From Octopus sinensis (taxonomy: Eukaryota), in assembly GCF_006345805.1 (NCBI RefSeq), contig NW_021833813.1, positions 1 to 53,953 on the forward strand: 53,953 nucleotides of DNA, given 5' to 3'. The position numbers and the translations under genes are program-made. The notes under the pieces are model-generated. The model had not been told where the DNA came from, searched no databases, and saw only the letters and a list, made by a program, of their open reading frames with translations. Positions 26,348 through 38,419 of the stretch are shown here, piece by piece; position 1 is the stretch's first letter; every line of letters begins with the position of its first letter.

Positions 26348-27485
26348 CTGGTCCAGATGGTTTCCCAGCCATCCTCCTCAAAGCGTGTAAGCATGCCCTG
26401 GCAAAACCCCTCAAGATTCTCTTCCAGAGCTTTCTTGCGAATGGCAAACTGCCAAGCAAGCTGAAGGAGGAATAATATGCCCAATACATAAAGGGGGAAG
26501 TAGAGCAGATGCCCAAAACTATAGGCCTATCTCTCTGACTTCACACATCAGCAAAGTCATGGAACGGATAGTCAGAAAGAAACTAAACGCATTCCTTGAG
26601 GAAAATAACTTGCTGAGTGATAGCCAGCATGGTTTTCGACCAGGTAGGAGCTGCCTGACCCAGCTCTTACAACATTATGACTGGGTGTTGAGGCAGTTAC
26701 TCAACAAATCAAATGTGGACGTAATCTACCTTGATTTTGCAAAAGCTTTTGACAAGGTATATAATGGTATGATATGCCACAAACTGCGTGACCTCGGCAT
26801 ATCTGGAAAACTGGAGTGTGGTTACATGACTTCCTGAAAGATAGGAGTCAGGCAGTAGTGGTTAATGGAGCCACCTCTATGAACACACAAATAGTGAGCG
26901 GTGTTCCACAGGGCACTGTCTTGGGACCACTGCTTTTTATAGTGACCCTCTCAGATATGCCCTCAAATGCCCAGATAGCCACTCTGGCCAGCTATGCAGA
27001 CGACACGAAAGTCTCGCAGAAAATACAGAACCCCAGCGATGTTGCACATCTGCAGCAGGAGTTGGACTAAATCTACAGATGGGCTGAGGATAATAATATG
27101 CAGTTTAATGCTGAAAAATTCCAGGCCCTGCGCTACCAGCATCCAAACTGAATATTAAACTTACAGGATACACCGGTCCACAGGGAATTTCAATCCCAGA
27201 ACCTAAGTCTGTGAGGGACCTGGGTATCGACATGAGTGATGATACCTCTTTCCAAGTGCACATTACCAGGATGGCGACAAAGTGCAGACGACTGGCTGGG
27301 TGGATCCTAAGAACATTCAGAACCAGAGATAAGGAAACCATGATGGTCCTCTGGCGGACATTCGTCCTCAGCCGCCTGGATTACTGCTCACAACTATGGT
27401 CACCCACCAGTGTAAAATTAACAGCGGACCTTGAAGCAATCCAGAGAAGATTTACAAAGAAGATCGTCTCTTTGCAACAGCTCAG
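26348..27485 (+). mobile_element. CR1/L2-group LINE RT fragment, related to 3780-7130
   Basis: YRPISLTSH, SQHGFRPGRSC, YLDFAKAFDKV, SGVPQGTVLGPLLF, YADDTK, WILRTFRT, RLDYCSQLW. Confidence 0.93.
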
Positions 27486-27546
27486 CTCTTTTACTTGTTT
27501 CAGTCATTTGACTGTGGCCATGCTGGAGCACCACCTTTATCACCTT

Positions 27547-28078
27547 GGGCTAGGAAAGATACTAGAAACTTTTTGGATATAACTATGGGGGCAACAGATT
27601 CTGCTCAGGATACTGATTTAGTAGGTATTTATTATCAGAACTTCAATTATAATGATTAATTATGATCTAGGAAAGATACTAGAAGATTTTTAGATATACC
27701 TATGGGAGCACCAGATTCTGCTCAGGCTAATGATTTACTAGGTATTTATTTTTATCAGAACTTCAATTATAATGATAAATTATGATCTAGGAAAGATACT
27801 AGAAGCTTTTTAGATATACCTATGGGAGCACCAGATTCTGCTCAGGCTAATGATTTACTAGGTATTTATTTATTATCAGAACTTCAATTATAATAATAAA
27901 TTATGGGCTAAGAAAGATACTAGAAACTGTTTTGATATACCTATTGGGTCACCAGATTCTGCTCAGGCTACTGATTTAGTAGGTATTAATTTATTATCAG
28001 AACTTCAATTATAATAATAAATTATGGGCTAGGAAAGATACTAGAAGCTTTTTTGATATACCTATTGGGTCACCAGAT
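27547..28078. repeat. ~119-bp tandem repeat, 4.5 copies
   Basis: Unit starts at 27547, 27664, 27784, 27905, 28026 (G[GA][GT]CTAGGAAAGATACTAGAA...CAGAACTTCAATTATAAT). Confidence 0.95.
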
Positions 28079-30475
28079 TGCTAGAAATAGCATTCAAATC
28101 TTCCTCAGATCACACTTTTCTATACTAATGGACCAATGTCAGATCTTCTAAATAGTTGCTTGACTTGCAAGATATAGCAGTCAAATCTTCCTCATATTGC
28201 ACTTTTCTATTCTAATGGAACAATTTTAGACACTCTAAATAGTAGCTTCACTTGCAAGAAATAGTAGTCAAATCTCCGTATTATCACACATTTCTATTCT
28301 AATGGAACAATGTCAGATCCTCTAAATAGTTGTTTTCACTTGCTAGAAATAACTGTAAAATCTTCATCAGATCATATTTTTCTATTCTAATGGACCAATG
28401 TCACATCCTCTAAATAGTTGCTTAACTTGGTAGAAATAACAGTCAAATCTCCCTCAGATCACACTTTTCTATTCTAATGGACAAATGTCAGATGCTCTTA
28501 ATTAGTGCTTGACTTGCTCGAAAGAGCAGTCATATCTTAATCAGATCACACTTTTCTATTCTTATGGACCAATGCCAGAGCCACTAAATAGTTTCTTAAC
28601 TTGCTAGAAATAGCAGGCAAGTCTTCCTTAGATCACACTTTTCTACTCTAATGGAACAATGTCAGATCCGCAAAATAATTGTTTCACTTGCTAGAAACAG
28701 CAGTCAAATCTCCCTCAGATCAGACTTTTCTGTTCTAATCGACCAATGTCACGAGCTCTTAATAGTTGCTTGACTTGCTAGAGAGAGGAAACAAATCTTT
28801 TTCAGATCACTCTTTTCTATTCCAATAAACCAATGTCAGACCCTCTAAGTAGTTGCTTGACTTGCTAGAAATAGCAGTCAAAACATCCTGAGATCACAGT
28901 TTTCTATTCTAATGGAAGAATGTCAGATCATCTAAATAAAAGCTTGACTTGCTAGAAATAGCTATCAAATGTTCCTCTGATCACACTATTCTACTCTAAT
29001 GGAACAATGTTAAATCCTCTAAATAGTTGCTTTACTTGCTAGAAATAGCAGTCAAATCTTAATCAGAGCACACTTTTCTATTCTCATGGACTGATGTCAG
29101 AACCTCTAAATAGTTTCTTGACTTCCTAAAAATAACAGTCAAATCTTCCTCAGCTCATGCTTTTCTATTCTAATGGACCAATGTCAGCTCCTCTAAATAG
29201 ATCCTTGACTTGCTAGTAATAGTAGTCAAATCTCAGTATTATCACACTTTTTTATTCTAATGGAACAATATCAGATCCTCTAAATAGTTGCTTGACTGGC
29301 TAGAAATAGAAATTACATCCTCCTCAGATTACATTCTTCGATTCTAATGGAACAATGTCAGAACCTCTAAATAGTTTCTTGACTTGCAAAAAATAACAGA
29401 CAAATCTCCATCAGATCAAACGTTTCTATACTAATGGACCAATGTCAGATCCTCAAAATAAGTTGCTTCACTTGCTAGAAATAGCAATCAAACCTTCCTC
29501 AGATCACTTTACTATCCTAATGGAACAATGTCAGATCCTCTAAATAGCTGCTTGACTTTCTAAAAATAGCAGACAAATCTCCTTCAGATCACACTTTTCT
29601 ATTCTAATGGACCAATATCAGATCATCTAAACAGTTGCTAGACTTGCTAGAAATAGCAGTCAAATCCCCTCAGATGAAACCTTCTTTTCTAATGGACCAA
29701 TGTCAGATCCTCTAAATAGTTGGTTGTCTGGCAAGAAATAGCAGTCAAATCTCCCCCAGTTCACGATTTTCTATACTAGTGGACCAATATCAGATCCTCT
29801 AAATAGTTGGTTGTCTGGCAAGAAATAGCAGTCAAATCTCCCTCAGATCACACATTTCTATTCAAATAGACCAATGTCAGATCCTCTAAATTAAAGCTTC
29901 AATTGCTAGAAATAGCAATCAAGGTTCCTCACATCACTCGCTTCTATTCTAATGGAACAATGTCAGACATTCTAAATAGTTGATAGAGTTGCTAGAAATA
30001 GCAATCAAATCTTCTTCAGATCAGACTTTTCTTTTCTAATGCACCGATATAAGATCTTCTAAATAGTTGCTTGACTTGCTATAATTGACAGGAAAATCTT
30101 CCTTATATCACACTTTTCTATTCTAATGGACCAATGTCAGATGCTCTTAATAGTTGCTTGACTTGCTAGAAAGAGGAGACAAATCTTCCTCAGATCACAC
30201 TTTTCTATTCTAATAGACCAATGTCAGATCTTCTAAATAGTTGCTTGCTTTGCTAGAAATAGCAGTCAAAACTTCCTTTAGATGACATTTTTCTATTCTA
30301 ATAGACCAATGTGAGATCCTCTAAATAGTTCCTTGACTTGCTAGAAATAGTAGTCAAATCTCCCTCAGATCACTCATTTCTATTCTAATGACCAATGTCA
30401 CATGCTCTTAATAGTTGTTTGAATTTCTAGAAAGAGGAGACAAATCTTCCTCAGATCACACTTTTCTATTCTAAA

Positions 30476-30889
30476 GGCTGAAGACGCTCGACCTTTATTC
30501 TCTAGAAAAACGACGACGCCGTGGAGATCTCATTCTTGCTCACAACATCATAAGCGGAAAGTGTAACCTCTCAAAAGAGCTGTTCTTCACTCCTGCTCCA
30601 GAGTGTCGGCTGCGGGGTCATTCCGAAAAGCTCTATCTGCGACGATTTCATCTCAATCGAAGGAGAGGAGCTTTCTCCATCCGGGTTGTAGATCAGTGGA
30701 ATAAGCTGCCAGACGACATGGTGAAGATGCCGATGACCGCTCGGTTCAAAGTCTCCCTTGACCTCAAGTGGCCTGAACTCTTTACCACCCTGTACATAAC
30801 TCCACCCTGTACATAACTCCTTGTCCCCCTACATGGTCTTGCTGTTTGCTTTTTGAGCCAAAAAATTAACTAACTAACTAACTAACTAA
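30476..30889 (+). mobile_element. 3' fragment of a CR1/L2-group LINE with (CTAA)n tail, inserted in the satellite
   Basis: Highly similar to 36155-36545 (RRRRGDLILAHNII..FSIRVVDQWNKLP). Tail AACTAACTAACTAACTAACTAA. Confidence 0.95.
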
Positions 30890-31494
30890 AAGACCAATGA
30901 GAGATTCTCTAAATAGTTCCATCACTTGCTAGAAAGAGCAGTCAAAATTTCCTTTCGATCAAACTTTTCTGTTCTTATGTACCATTGTCATGACCTCTAA
31001 ATAGTTGCTTGATTTGCAAGAAATAGCAGTCAACCTTCCTAAGATCACACTTTTCTATTCTAATGGACCAATATCAGATCCTCTAAATAGTTGCTTCACT
31101 TGCTAGAAATGGCGATCAAATCTTCATCAGATTACACTTTTTTATTCTAATGGAACAATGTCAGATCGTCTAAATAAAAGCTTGACTTGCTAGAAATAGC
31201 AGTCAAGTCTTCCTTAGATCATACTTTTCTATTTTAATAGAACAATGTCAGATCGTCTAAATAAAAGCTTGACTTGCTAGAAATAGCAATCAAATCTTAC
31301 TCAGATTACACTTTTCTATTCTAATGGAACAATGTCAAGACTTCAAAATAATTGCTAGACTTGATAGAAATAGCAGTCAATCTCCCTCAGATCACAATTT
31401 TCTATTCTAATCGACAACTGTCAGATCCTCTAAATATGTGCTTTCCTTGCAAAATGTAGCAGTAAAATCAACCTCAGACAACACTTTTCTATTC

Positions 31495-31496
<2 letters not shown>

Positions 31497-31548
<52 letters not shown>

Positions 31549-32698
31549 TGTGTACAGTGCTCAGGTGCACTACAACTCATCTAAAGTGTATATATAATCA
31601 GGTGTAGTTTCGGCGTATTTCGGAAAGCATGAGGGCCTTAAAGGATGCAGTGTCATGGCAGTCAACAACTGACGCAGGCAGTTTATTCCATGCTTCAGCA
31701 ACTCTGAGCGTGAAAAAATGTTTCCGAAAGTCATGGGAGCTGTGTTGTTTTCTGACTTTGTAGGCATGTCCACGTGTGTTAGACACATGGAGATCAAAAA
31801 GGTGTTCAGTGTTGTTGTTGGTGAGGTGGTTGATAACCTTGTGGGTGTTTACCAAGTCCGTCGCCAGACGCCGGAGCTTCAGTGAATCCATGCCCAGGGA
31901 AACAAGGCGTTCAGAATATGGTAGGTGTCTGATGGAGGGTATGCGTTTGGTTGCACATCTCTGGACAGATTCCAGGAGGTCAATGTTCTGAGCAAGATAG
32001 GGATTCCAAACTGATGATGCGAATTCCAAGTGTGGTCGTACCATAGCTGTATACAGTTTTAAATAGATGGCTGGAGAGCGGCTAACAAAAGTCTTGCTGA
32101 ATGATGCCAAGACACCCACGGCCTTCTTGACAATTTTAGAGATATGCTTTGTCCAACGCAAATCACTGCTGACAGTGATGCCTAGGTCACGCTCGCAAGA
32201 GGATTTCTTGATATCAGTGTTGTGGAGGGAGTATGTGGACGCAGGGTTTTTTCTCCCAAAATGCATGGTGGTACACTTGTCCACAGCCAGTTTCAGTTGC
32301 CAGTCTGTGATCCATTGCTGCATTGTGTCTAGGTCTGATTGCAGGAAGGAGTTGTAGACATCAGGATCAGTCCTCTTGATTTCAAGGTACAGCTTGATGT
32401 CGTCTGCATATTTCAATACTGTGGCATTCTTTAAATTGGCATCTATGTCATTAATGTATGCCACAAACAGGAGGGGACCAAGGACAGATCCCTGTGGTAC
32501 ACCCGATGACATCTCATATGGTGTAAAGTGTTGTCCTAGAACTGTGACTACCTCCTTTCGGCTGAGGATGAAGGATTTCAACCAGTTAAAAAGGTCATCC
32601 CCCACACCCATTGCAGAGAGATTCACCATAAGCTTTTGTGTGGCACAGAGTTGAAAGCCTTAGCAAAATCAAGGTAGACAACATCCACCCATGAGCCA
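31497..32698 (-). mobile_element. 5'-truncated L2/CR1-group LINE with (ATT)n tail, inserted in the satellite
   Basis: Open 343-aa frame, short 3' UTR, tail at 31497-31548. CTA is shared at both junctions. Confidence 0.95.
31598..32629 (-). CDS. LINE reverse transcriptase, C-terminal half (343 aa, truncated)
   Basis: SGVPQGSVLGPLLF, KYADDIKLY, CERDLG, VRPHLEF, FFTLRVAEAWNKLP. Confidence 0.9.
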   Translation of the reverse strand: MVNLSAMGVGDDLFNWLKSFILSRKEVVTVLGQHFTPYEMSSGVPQGSVLGPLLFVAYINDIDANLKNATVLKYADDIKLYLEIKRTDPDVYNSFLQSDLDTMQQWITDWQLKLAVDKCTTMHFGRKNPASTYSLHNTDIKKSSCERDLGITVSSDLRWTKHISKIVKKAVGVLASFSKTFVSRSPAIYLKLYTAMVRPHLEFASSVWNPYLAQNIDLLESVQRCATKRIPSIRHLPYSERLVSLGMDSLKLRRLATDLVNTHKVINHLTNNNTEHLFDLHVSNTRGHAYKVRKQHSSHDFRKHFFTLRVAEAWNKLPASVVDCHDTASFKALMLSEIRRNYT

Positions 32699-33814
32699 CT
32701 AATGGTAGAATGTCAGATCGTCTAAATAAAAGCTTGACTTGCTAGAAATAGCTGTCAAATCTTCATCATATCACTCTTTTCTACTCTAATGGACCAATGT
32801 CAGATCCTCTAAATAGTTACTAGACTTGCTAGAAATAGTAGTCAAATCTTCATCAGATCACACTTTTCTATTCTAATTGAACAATGTCAGATCTCTAAAT
32901 AGTTGCTAGACTTATATCAGACTTTTCTATTTTAATGGAACAATATCAAATCCTCTAAATATTAGCTTCACTTGCTAGAAATAACAGTCAAATCTCCCTT
33001 AGATCACACTTTTCTGTATTAATGGATCAATGCCAGTTACTCTAAATAGTTGCTTGACTTGCTAAAAATAGCAGTGAAACCTTCCTCAGATCACACTTTT
33101 CTACTCTAATGGAAGAATGTCAGATTGTCTAAATAAAAGCTTGATTTGCTAGAAATAGCAATCAAATGTTCCTCAGATCACTCGTTTCTTATCTAATGGA
33201 CCAATGTCAGATCCTCAAAATAGTTCCTTGACTTGCTAGAAATATCTATAAAATCTTCCTCAGATCAAACTTTTCTATTTAATAGACCAATGTCAGATCC
33301 TCTAAATAGTTGCTTGTCTTGCTAGAAATAGCAATCAAATCTTAATCAGATCACTATTCTCATGGACCAATGTCAGAACCTCTAAATAGTTTCTTGACTG
33401 GCTAAAAAAAACAGTCAAATCTTCCTCAGCTCACGCTTTTCTATCTAATGGACCAATGTCAGATCCTCTAAATAGTTCTTTGACTTGCTAAAAATAGTAG
33501 TCAAATCTCCGTATTATCACAATTTTCTATTCTAATGGAACAACATCAGATCCTCTAAATCCTTGCTTGACTTGCTAGAAATAGAAATCAAATCTTCCTC
33601 AGATTACACTCTTCTATTCTACTGGAACAATGTCAAGATCTCTAAATAGTTGCTTGACATGCTAGAATTAGCAGTCGAATCTCCCTCAGATCACAATTTT
33701 CTATACTAATTGACCAATGTTAGATCATGTAAATATTTGCTTTCCTTGGTAGAAATAGCAGTCAATCTCCCTCAGATCACACATTTCTATTCTAATGACC
33801 AATGTCACATGCTC

Positions 33815-36545
33815 AGAAATCCACCTGCAGGGCTACGTCCTTTTCAGATGTGACAGAGGAAAAAGGCGATGTGGAGGTGTTGCTGTGTATGTTAAGTCTG
33901 AGCACAAACCGTCCAGCGGTATTCTACCCACTAATGCTCAACCTACAACAAAATTCGATGCTGTCTATTGCAAGCTGAGCCTATCTGAGTTTTGCCTGCC
34001 CGTGTTGGCTGTCTACAGGCCGCCTCTTGCCGACCCCCAGGACGATGCTCATTTACTCGAAGCGATAAGATTCGTTTCAGCTTCGCATGACTGTTTGGTA
34101 CTAGGAGACTTCAACGCTCCCACGATCGATTGGCCCGCATCAATTTGTACAACATCTTCCCGGTTCGGCCAGGCCCTTCTTGACGTGGCTGAAGATTGTT
34201 TTCTATCGCAACATGTTGAATATCCGACAAGGCATCGGTCTGGGCAGCAGCCATCTATGCTAGATCTGGTATTCTCCCGCTATCCAAGATCAGTGTCAGA
34301 CATATCTGTGTGCGCCCCTCTTGCCAAGAGTGATCATGCGGTCCTGAAGTTCGTCATGCACACAACTTTTTCTACGCCCACGACTACTTCGCTGCCACAT
34401 AGAGTCTTCTCTGCAATTAATCTTGAAATTCTAACCGAGGCTTCCGCACTTCTGGACTGGCGATCCCTGATGATGTTGTCCTCAGTTGACGAACTATGGT
34501 CATCCCTCAAAGCATATGTAATCTGTTTGACTGACCAGGCAGTTCCCGTTGGGCTTCCCAAGAGGAAGAAACACAAGCCCTGGGTGACGAAGAAGGTTAA
34601 ACGAGAACGTCGACTCAGAGATATTGCTTGGCTGAATTCAAAAATCTGGATTCGACTGCAGCTTTTGAGGTGTACAAAACCCAACGAGACCGAGCCGTGA
34701 AAATTGAAAAGAAAGAACGCTTCAGTTATGAATACAAAATCGCGACAAATGCCAGTAGCAATCCAAAAACCTTCTTTGCCCATGTCCAGTGGAATTCCCG
34801 CTTGAACAACCAGATTGCAACGTTGGTAGACTCAACAGGCGTATCGATTGAGGACCCTTATCAACAGAGTCAATTATTTGCCGAGGCTTTTTCAACTATT
34901 TTCAAACAAGATGATGGTCGTGAACCCCCTCCATTTGATAGATCGGTACCTCCAATGCTTCGATTGGTCATCACGCGGGACGAAGTCAAACGTGTTATTC
35001 AAGGCCTCGATGTCAACAAGGGTCACGGCCCTGACGGCATACACACACGGGTTATCAAAGCGTTGGCTCCAGTCATCTGCGAGCCCTTAACACGACTATT
35101 CAATATGTCATTGGCGACAGGTGTTATACCTGCAGACTGGAGAACAGCGATAATCTGCCCAATTTTCAAGAAAGGAAGCCGCGAAGACCCGCTTAACTAC
35201 CGACCGGTTTCCCTTACATCAATAATCAGCAAGATGTTCGAAACCATCCTTAAGAAAAGTATGATGCTCCACCTCCTAAACATAGCCTCTATCTCTGATT
35301 CCCAACACGGCTTCGTGCCGAAGAGATCATGCTTGACCAACTTACTAGTAATGGAAGAATTGGTGACGCACATCCTCGATGATAGTGATGCTGTTGACAT
35401 CGTTTTATTGGACTTTGCCAAAGCTTTTGACTCGGTAAACCACCACCTATTACTTGTCAAGCTTCAAGCATATACTTTCCATCCGGATATTGTACGATGG
35501 GTTGGTGCCTTCCTCTCAGATCGCTCCTTCCAAGTCCAGTTAATGGTTCGCGGTCCGACGTCTCCAGTGCGAGCAGTGGCGTGCCTCAAGGTTCAGTGCT
35601 TGGACCCTTGTTGTTCTTAGTCTTCATAAATGACTTGCCCGACGACCTCACGCAACACACCCTTCTATTTGCTGACGATATCAAACTGGTCGCTCCTCGC
35701 GGTAATATAGAGGATCTTCGTCGATGCCTCCACCAAATTTGGAAGTGGTCTAACGATTGGGACCTGTGTCTGAACATGTCAAAGTGCTGTCATCTGCCTG
35801 TCAGCTTTACTCCTGCAACTCAACTTGATTCGAGCCGGGTCGTCTGCTGCTGGAGAGGACCGATCAGGTAAAGGACCTGGGTATCTTGGTGGATTCCTCC
35901 TTTTCGCCTTCGGCCCAGTGCGTCCATGCTGCCAACAAAGCACGCGGAATTCTGTTCTTGATTCAAGGGTCATTCAGAATGCTCACAGCAGCCATATTCC
36001 TACCACTCTATGTCACGCTAGTGAGACCCATATTGGAGTATGGGATTCAAGCCTCTTCTCCTTATCTCCTCAAAGACATACAGCATCTCGAAAGAGTCCA
36101 GAAGCTGGCTACCCGCATGGTTCATGGTCTCAAAATTTGTTCTACGAAGAAAGGCTGAGGACGCTCGACCTTTATTCTCTTGAAAAACGCCGCCGCCGTG
36201 GTGATCTCATTCTCGCCCACAACATCATAAGCGGAAAGTGTAACCTCTCGAAAGAGCTGTTCTTCACTCCTGCTCCAGAGCGTCGGCTGCGGGGTCATTC
36301 CGAAAAGCTCTACCTGCGACGATTTCATCTCAATCGAAGGAGAGGAGCTTTCTCCGTCCGGGTTGCGGATCCGTGGAACAAGCTGCCAGACGAGATGGTG
36401 AAGATGCCGACGACCGCTTGTTCAAAGCCTCCCTGGACCTCAAGTGGCCTGAACTCTTTACATGAACACCACCCTGTACTTAACTCCATGTCCCCCTACA
36501 TGGCCTTGCTATTTGCTTTTGAGCCAAATTAACTAACTAACTAAC
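33815..36545 (+). mobile_element. 5'-truncated APE-RT LINE (CR1/L2 group) with a few frameshifts and (CTAA)n tail, inserted in the satellite
   Basis: APE: GYVLFRCDR, GGVAVYV, VYRPP, LGDFNAP, SDH. RT: NYRPVSLTS, QHGF, LDFAKAFDSV, GVPQGSVLGPLLF, FADDIK. Tail at 36529-36545. Confidence 0.96.
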
Positions 36546-37384
36546 ATAATAGTTGCTTGACTTTCTAGAAAGAGGAGACAAATCTTCCTCAGATCACACT
36601 TTTCTATTCTAAAAGACCAATGACAGATTCTCTAAATAGTTCCTTCACTTGCTAGAAAGATGAGTCAAAACTTCCTTGGATCAAACTTTTCTATTCTTAT
36701 GGCCATTGTCACAACCTCTAAATAGTTGCTTGATTTGCAAAAAATAGCAGTCAACCTTCTTAAGACCACACTTTTCTATTCTAATGGACCAATATCAGAT
36801 CCTCTAAATACTTGCTTGATTTGCAAGAAATAGCAGTCAAATCTTTCTCAGATCACACTTTTCTATTCCAATGGAACAATGTCAAATCCTCTAAATAGTT
36901 GCTTGACTTGCTAGAAATAGCAGTCAAATCTTAATCAGATCACACTTTTCTATTCTCATGGACCAATATCAGAGCCTCTAAATAGTTTCTAAACTTGCTA
37001 AAAATAGCAGTCAAATCTTCTTCAGCTCACGCTTTTCTATTCTAATGACTAATGTCAGATCCTCTAAATAGTTCCTTGACTTGCTAGAAATATTAGTCAA
37101 ATCTCAGTATTATCACACTTTTCTATTCTAATAGAACAATATCAGATCCTCTAAATAGTTGCTTCACTTGCTAGAAATAGCAGTCAAGTCTTCCTAGATC
37201 ATACTTTCTATTCTAATGGAACAATGTCAGATCGTCTAAATAAAAGCTTGACTTGCTAGAAATAGCAATCAAATCTTAGTCAGATTACACTTTTCTATTC
37301 TAATGGAACAATGTCAAGATATCTAAATAGTTGCTAGACTTGATAGAAATAGCTGTCAAATCTCCCTCAGATCACAATTTTCTA

Positions 37385-38126
37385 AGAAGCATCAGTTGTG
37401 GTGTGCAAGAGAGACGTTTGCGCTGGTATGGTCATGTGGCGAGAATGGATGAAGATAGTACCACACCCTAGCGGTTGAGGGAACCTGTGGAAGAGGCAGA
37501 CCCAGGAAAACCTGGGACGAGGTGGTGAAGCACGACCTTCGAACTTTAGGTCTCACTGAGGAAATGACTAGAGACCGAGACCTCTGGAAGTGTGCTGTGC
37601 GCGAGAAGACCCGGCAGGACAAGTGAGTCCATAACCCATGGCCTTCTACATGGGATGGAGCCTGCTTACGTATGCATACCTTCCCTTCTTGGGACACAAA
37701 ACTCTACTTGTGAAGACCTGTTGAGGCAAGTGTGGATCAGAATCGAAATCGATCAATGGAAATTGCAGATGTGTTACCAGTGCCGGTGGCATGTAAGAGA
37801 ACCTTCCGTTTCACGACCGTTGCCAGCACCGCCCCGTTTCATGTCCGTTGCCAGCCTCGCCTGGCCCTCGTGCCGGTGGCACATAAAAAGCACCATCCGT
37901 TCGTGGCCGTTTGCCAGCTCTGTTGGTACCTGTGCGGGTGGCACGTAAAAAGCACCCACTACACTCACGGAGTGGTTGGCGTTAGGAAGGGCATCCAGCC
38001 GTAGAAAACACTGCCAGATCTGACTGGGCCTGATGAAGCCTTCTGGCTTCACAGACCCCAGTAGAACCGTCCAACCCATGCTAGCATGGAAAACAGACGC
38101 TAAACGATGATGATGATGATGATGAT
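37385..38126 (+). mobile_element. RTE-clade LINE 3' end with (GAT)n tail
   Basis: LRWYGHVARM, GRGRPRKTWDEVVKHDL, RDRDLW. Long 3' UTR; tail at 38106-38126. Confidence 0.9.
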
Positions 38127-38172
38127 ATATATATATGTATACATATATATATATATACACATATATATATGT

Positions 38173-38214
<42 letters not shown>

Positions 38215-38376
38215 ACATATATATATGTATACATATATATATGTATACATATATATATATATATACATATATATATGCATGTATGTATACATATATATAT
38301 GTATACATATATATATATATATACATATATATATGCATGTATGTATACATATATATATGTATACATATATATATGT

Positions 38377-38419
<43 letters not shown>

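Larger units (their letters stand above)
28079..37384. repeat. 87-bp satellite array (~55 monomers in four blocks: 28079-30475, 30890-31496, 32699-33814, 36547-37384)
   Basis: Consensus CTTGCTAGAAATAGCAGTCAAATCTTCCTCAGATCACACTTTTCTATTCTAATGGACCAATGTCAGATCCTCTAAATAGTTGCTTGA (87 nt). Copy number estimated from block length divided by 87. Confidence 0.97.

Noticed and set aside
28079-37384. CRISPR array or sgRNA contamination: monomers contain GCTAGAAATAGCA, identical to part of the SpCas9 sgRNA scaffold
   Set aside because: The units are contiguous 87-bp diverged monomers with no unique spacers and no cas genes. The sgRNA GAAA linker is engineered, and the rest of the scaffold is absent. A 13-nt coincidence of two GAAA-capped hairpins.
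28079-37384. Hammerhead ribozyme in the satellite (minus strand has CTGAGGA and GAAA)
   Set aside because: I could not form stems I-III or place a UH cleavage site with the required topology.
28079-37384. C2H2 zinc-finger gene array (octopus has many)
   Set aside because: The period is 87 bp, not 84. There is no CxxC..HxxxH or TGEKP in any frame, and every frame has stops.
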